Shown: positions 61,243 through 64,000 of the stretch, one piece after another
How the letters are laid out: each line of letters starts with the position of its first letter
Position numbering within the stretch: the first letter of the stretch is position 1
DNA from: Candidatus Bathyarchaeia archaeon
GTDB taxonomy: Archaea; Thermoproteota; Bathyarchaeia; Bathyarchaeales; Bathycorpusculaceae
DNA length: 64,000 bases
Direction of reading: 5' to 3'
NCBI GenBank assembly: GCA_049516875.1
Contig: JBEKSS010000001.1
Span: forward strand, 470,549 to 534,548
Made by a program: the position numbers and the translations under genes
The notes under the pieces: generated by a model
Seen by the model: the letters and a program-made list of their open reading frames with translations, nothing else
What the model was told of the DNA's origin: nothing
The model's database searches: none

Positions 61243-61608
61243 TCAGAATGTCACGTAATAAACTTCTGCTGGTTGTGGTGTAACATTGTATACAAACATT
61301 ACTCGAGCTTCGATGTCTGCGTAAACTGTAAGGTGCCCGAAACTCAGAACCAGTCGGTCGCAAATTTGCAGGAACGCTTCCCATGATTCCTTGGTTAATT
61401 CAATTCCTGTCGCCCTGATCTGTTCGAATTTTACATTTTCGGTGATTTGGTACCCTTTTTCTGAGATTATTTGAATACCGTCGCTTACCTTCATCTGGAC
61501 TGCAGACCACAAGTCAACGCCCAGTCCAAACTGTATGACAAGCACGATTGCCATAGCAACCATTACGTAACCCGAAAATGAATTTCCTTTCTGATTCATC
61601 GTTCGCAT
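61243..61608 (-). CDS. Hypothetical protein with N-terminal TM/signal
   Basis: AGGAGGTGA SD; hydrophobic N-terminus. Confidence 0.7.
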   Translation of the reverse strand: MRTMNQKGNSFSGYVMVAMAIVLVIQFGLGVDLWSAVQMKVSDGIQIISEKGYQITENVKFEQIRATGIELTKESWEAFLQICDRLVLSFGHLTVYADIEARVMFVYNVTPQPAEVYYVTF

Positions 61609-61751
61609 TTTGGCTTTTCACCTCCTTTGCAGATGCTGAACGCGTACACGACCAGCGCTTGATGGGACAGGCAAATGCAACTTCATGCATGCCAAGCACA
61701 GCAACAGACCTGGGCAAAATGACCGTTTCGAATCTTCACCTCTAGCGCGTG

Positions 61752-62024
61752 CTAAGCTACACGCCTCCCGCGATGAAAAAGCTTGACCTGCATGTCATAT
61801 CTTTGAACGTGGTCTATCGCTGACTCAGTGAAACCATTTATGGAATGTATTTCAGTGACGCCTTTCTTGCGTAGTTTTATCACCTCAGGTTTTGTCACTG
61901 GTCGTTGCATATGTTTGACTTCACCAACAGCGTCTCCTCGCAAGTAGTCGGGATTTCCTGATCCGCCAACATGATGCCCGCGATGTCTTCGCGCGGTTTC
62001 CCTTTCATAGCGTTTCCAACTCAT
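61752..62024 (-). CDS. Minimal PD-(D/E)xK nuclease (Hjc/Mrr-like)
   Basis: YERE..GSGNPDY..GEVK..GFTESA motifs. Confidence 0.6.
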   Translation of the reverse strand: MSWKRYERETARRHRGHHVGGSGNPDYLRGDAVGEVKHMQRPVTKPEVIKLRKKGVTEIHSINGFTESAIDHVQRYDMQVKLFHRGRRVA

Positions 62025-62149
62025 CGTCTTCGCCTCCGTCTTCCCGATGTTAATGACCATTCAACGCTTCCATAGACAGGCGAGTAGCGACCCGAAACAC
62101 CGACCTTGACTTTTTGCGGCAAGTACTTTTCCCATCCTCCACGACTCAT
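62021..62149 (-). CDS. 42-aa small protein with poly-Arg tail (below ORF-track cutoff)
   Basis: GGTGA SD, ATG at 62149, TGA overlapping the ATG of the nuclease gene (ATGA). Confidence 0.55.
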   Translation of the reverse strand: MSRGGWEKYLPQKVKVGVSGRYSPVYGSVEWSLTSGRRRRRR

Positions 62150-62398
62150 CGCTTGTCACCCAGTTTTCTGTCAGCCGAACAATAATGACCAATGGTCAAG
62201 TATATAATATTTTTCTTGGTATATACAGCAATATTTGGCAAACGTGGCGCAAAGATTTATATGCAAACACATAATGAAGAGATAACGCGGAGTGAGAGGT
62301 GAACCGAAATACCTGCATATTCTACATTAGATCTCATATACGAAATCTACGTTGGCGTCGCATCAATTGAAAGCCAACAGTTTACACTTGACGAACTC

Positions 62399-63076
62399 GT
62401 GCAAAAAATCAATGAGAACAGGAAAAGAAAAGGGGAAAAAAGAAGGGTTTCCAGCGAGAGTGTAAATCGCGTCCTAATGAAGCTTTGGCTACCCTTGGGC
62501 ATTAGCAAAACTGTTACTGGTGCATGGAAAAGGGGCACTGGTCCAATTAGAGGTATGACAAACGTTTGGCCCGAGATTGTGGATAAAATCATTGCTGACG
62601 CCAAAGTTGATGCCACGCCACTTGAGGTGGGCAACTGGATAGGGTTGGGAGAGGAGCCGACAACTCACAAAGCATACATATGTTACCCGTATCACGATAA
62701 TCCGCTGAGACGCTCTCTTGAACTTCTCATCCTCTTGATACATCTGTATCCAAGAGCAAAGGACAGTTTTGTGCCCGCAACTCCTCATGAGATGTATTGG
62801 GGTCTCGAAGAAAGAATAGATCGAGAGACGGCCATGACCAAGTGTGAGGAGCTAATAGCAAAGTGTGATTTCTTGCTCTACTGTTTGAGGAAAAAGGACA
62901 AGCCGAGCATCGGAATGAAAAGAGACATGGAAGTGGCAAAGAAGAAAGGAATAGAAACAAAATACATCGAGGATATGCTTGGTTACTACCCTAATGTCGC
63001 CGAGATCATGAAAGAGTGCGGCTTATCAGAATTCGCCGAAACCCCACAGGTCGTGTCTGCCACAGCTGTTCGGTGA
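62399..63076 (+). CDS. N-terminal HTH-like region plus nucleoside 2-deoxyribosyltransferase-like C-terminal domain
   Basis: AYICYPY..P..H..LIAKCD..SIGMKRDMEVAKKKGI; frame is open back to 62303, so the true start may be GTG 62299 with a 1-nt shift. Confidence 0.6.
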   Translation: MQKINENRKRKGEKRRVSSESVNRVLMKLWLPLGISKTVTGAWKRGTGPIRGMTNVWPEIVDKIIADAKVDATPLEVGNWIGLGEEPTTHKAYICYPYHDNPLRRSLELLILLIHLYPRAKDSFVPATPHEMYWGLEERIDRETAMTKCEELIAKCDFLLYCLRKKDKPSIGMKRDMEVAKKKGIETKYIEDMLGYYPNVAEIMKECGLSEFAETPQVVSATAVR

Positions 63077-63183
63077 CGTGCACCAAGCTGGTTTTGGCTC
63101 TGCTTTTCTCTTCTCCTAGATATAATTGACATACGAATGTTTTATCATCCCGACCAAGTCTATATGGCCAAGAGCAGAACAAT

Positions 63184-63795
63184 ATGAAAATATCTATCAT
63201 GTTGACCGGAACCGTTGATGACTGGCTTGAATTGGAGAAATTCCTAAGGAATAAAAAGATAACTTACTCGTCAATTATGTCGCAACTTTACCGTAACAGA
63301 CTTGCAATTGCTTGGGTGACAGACCAGTTTCAGAAAGGGGAATTTCCAAATCAGTCACTTCCAGAAGTCATGGAAAATGTCGACAAATTGCTGGAAAAAT
63401 CGGAGGGAATCAAGAATCAAGTCGACAGCATTGACATAGTGCTTGATGGTGAAATATCTGAGTCAGAAGTGCTTTCACTACTTGATTGGTATGAAAAACA
63501 GAAGGAAGGACGAGAGCGGAAATACACTATCCATCTGACCGGAAAATTGAGAAGAGCAATACATAAACTGCTAAGCATGTCATATGAAGAAGTTGCACCG
63601 TTTCGCGTCTCAATTCGTGGTGAAGATACTTTCATAACTCTCGTATGGGACATCTTAACAAGTTCTGAATTGAGTCAACAAGACAGGAAATGGTTAGTAA
63701 GCATTGCGCCGAAAAAAGGATTAACATTAGAAGAGAGTCTACGCTTCATGAAGTATTCTGATAAGAGCAAGTTTTTGCGTTCCAAACACTCTTGA
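63184..63795 (+). CDS. Hypothetical protein
   Basis: 203-aa ORF, no family recognised. Confidence 0.7.
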   Translation: MKISIMLTGTVDDWLELEKFLRNKKITYSSIMSQLYRNRLAIAWVTDQFQKGEFPNQSLPEVMENVDKLLEKSEGIKNQVDSIDIVLDGEISESEVLSLLDWYEKQKEGRERKYTIHLTGKLRRAIHKLLSMSYEEVAPFRVSIRGEDTFITLVWDILTSSELSQQDRKWLVSIAPKKGLTLEESLRFMKYSDKSKFLRSKHS

Positions 63796-63850
63796 AGCGC
63801 GCGCGAACTAGGGGAATTCATCACAAAATACATTGGTGCATACAGAAGTC

Positions 63851-64000
63851 AGTAACATTATTATAACAATGATCAACTATACAGTAATGTATAATACATT
63901 AATGTATAAGATCATTATAAGTATTTCGTCCAGTGAGACAACAACAATGAAAAGATACACCTTTTAATAGTAACATTATTATAACAATGATCAACTATAC
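63851..64000 (+). repeat. 32-bp perfect direct repeat (63851-63882, 63969-64000) in AT-rich DNA
   Basis: AGTAACATTATTATAACAATGATCAACTATAC twice, period 118; palindrome ATACATTAATGTAT at 63894-63907 between them. Confidence 0.85.

Larger units (their letters stand above)
21633..63807. repeat. Dispersed alternating-GC palindrome family (WAGCGCGCGCTA), ~20 copies at gene boundaries
   Basis: Copies at 21633, 21723, 23085, 29275, 34835, 38223, 38430, 38513, 38650, 39855, 40136, 40964, 43377, 43744, 44040, 47457, 48148, 50299, 56455, 59731, 61743, 63795. Confidence 0.85.

Noticed and set aside
21633-63807. Classical integron attC array
   Set aside because: No RYYYAAC...GTTRRRY boxes with long imperfect hairpins, no IntI, and gene orientations are mixed.
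63851-64000. CRISPR array
   Set aside because: Only two repeats, an 86-bp spacer that is too long, and no cas genes; cannot be fully excluded beyond the window.

Overview
Archaeal chromosomal window. Gene content (TFB, Gar1, Alba, eL24/eS28/eL8/eL40, Cren7-like protein, PEF-CTERM surface proteins, Ftr homolog, heliorhodopsin) is most consistent with Bathyarchaeia; this is inferred from gene content only. 1-17.4 kb is core: ribosomal proteins, gar1-tfb, sucCD, alba, aspS and a purF-purD operon. That operon continues, with overlapping or abutting stop/start codons, into a HAD phosphatase, an Ftr paralog and a PfkB kinase. The trio matches the EhaR/EhaS/EhaT module of methanogen eha operons but sits where the GAR formyltransferase (PurN/PurT, absent from this window) would be expected, so it is a candidate novel GAR-formylation route. 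The convergent purM-purS-purL-purQ operon lies at 30.2-34.8 kb. The rest is accessory DNA: two toxin-antitoxin pairs, an ArsR redox cluster, a GH99-like surface glycosidase, a pseudogene cluster, PEF-CTERM proteins, tRNA-Gly(CCC), NikR plus a P1B-ATPase, a CDGSH-trx-msrA-heliorhodopsin cluster and a small nuclease/NDT-like module. About 20 copies of a short alternating-GC palindrome (consensus WAGCGCGCGCTA) sit at gene boundaries and cut the accessory DNA into cassette-like units. Other repeats: a ~130-150 bp three-copy repeat, a tRNA-3'-like/att-like repeat family and a diverged duplicate of the purM 5' end and promoter. No CRISPR array, rRNA, integrase or transposase was recognised.
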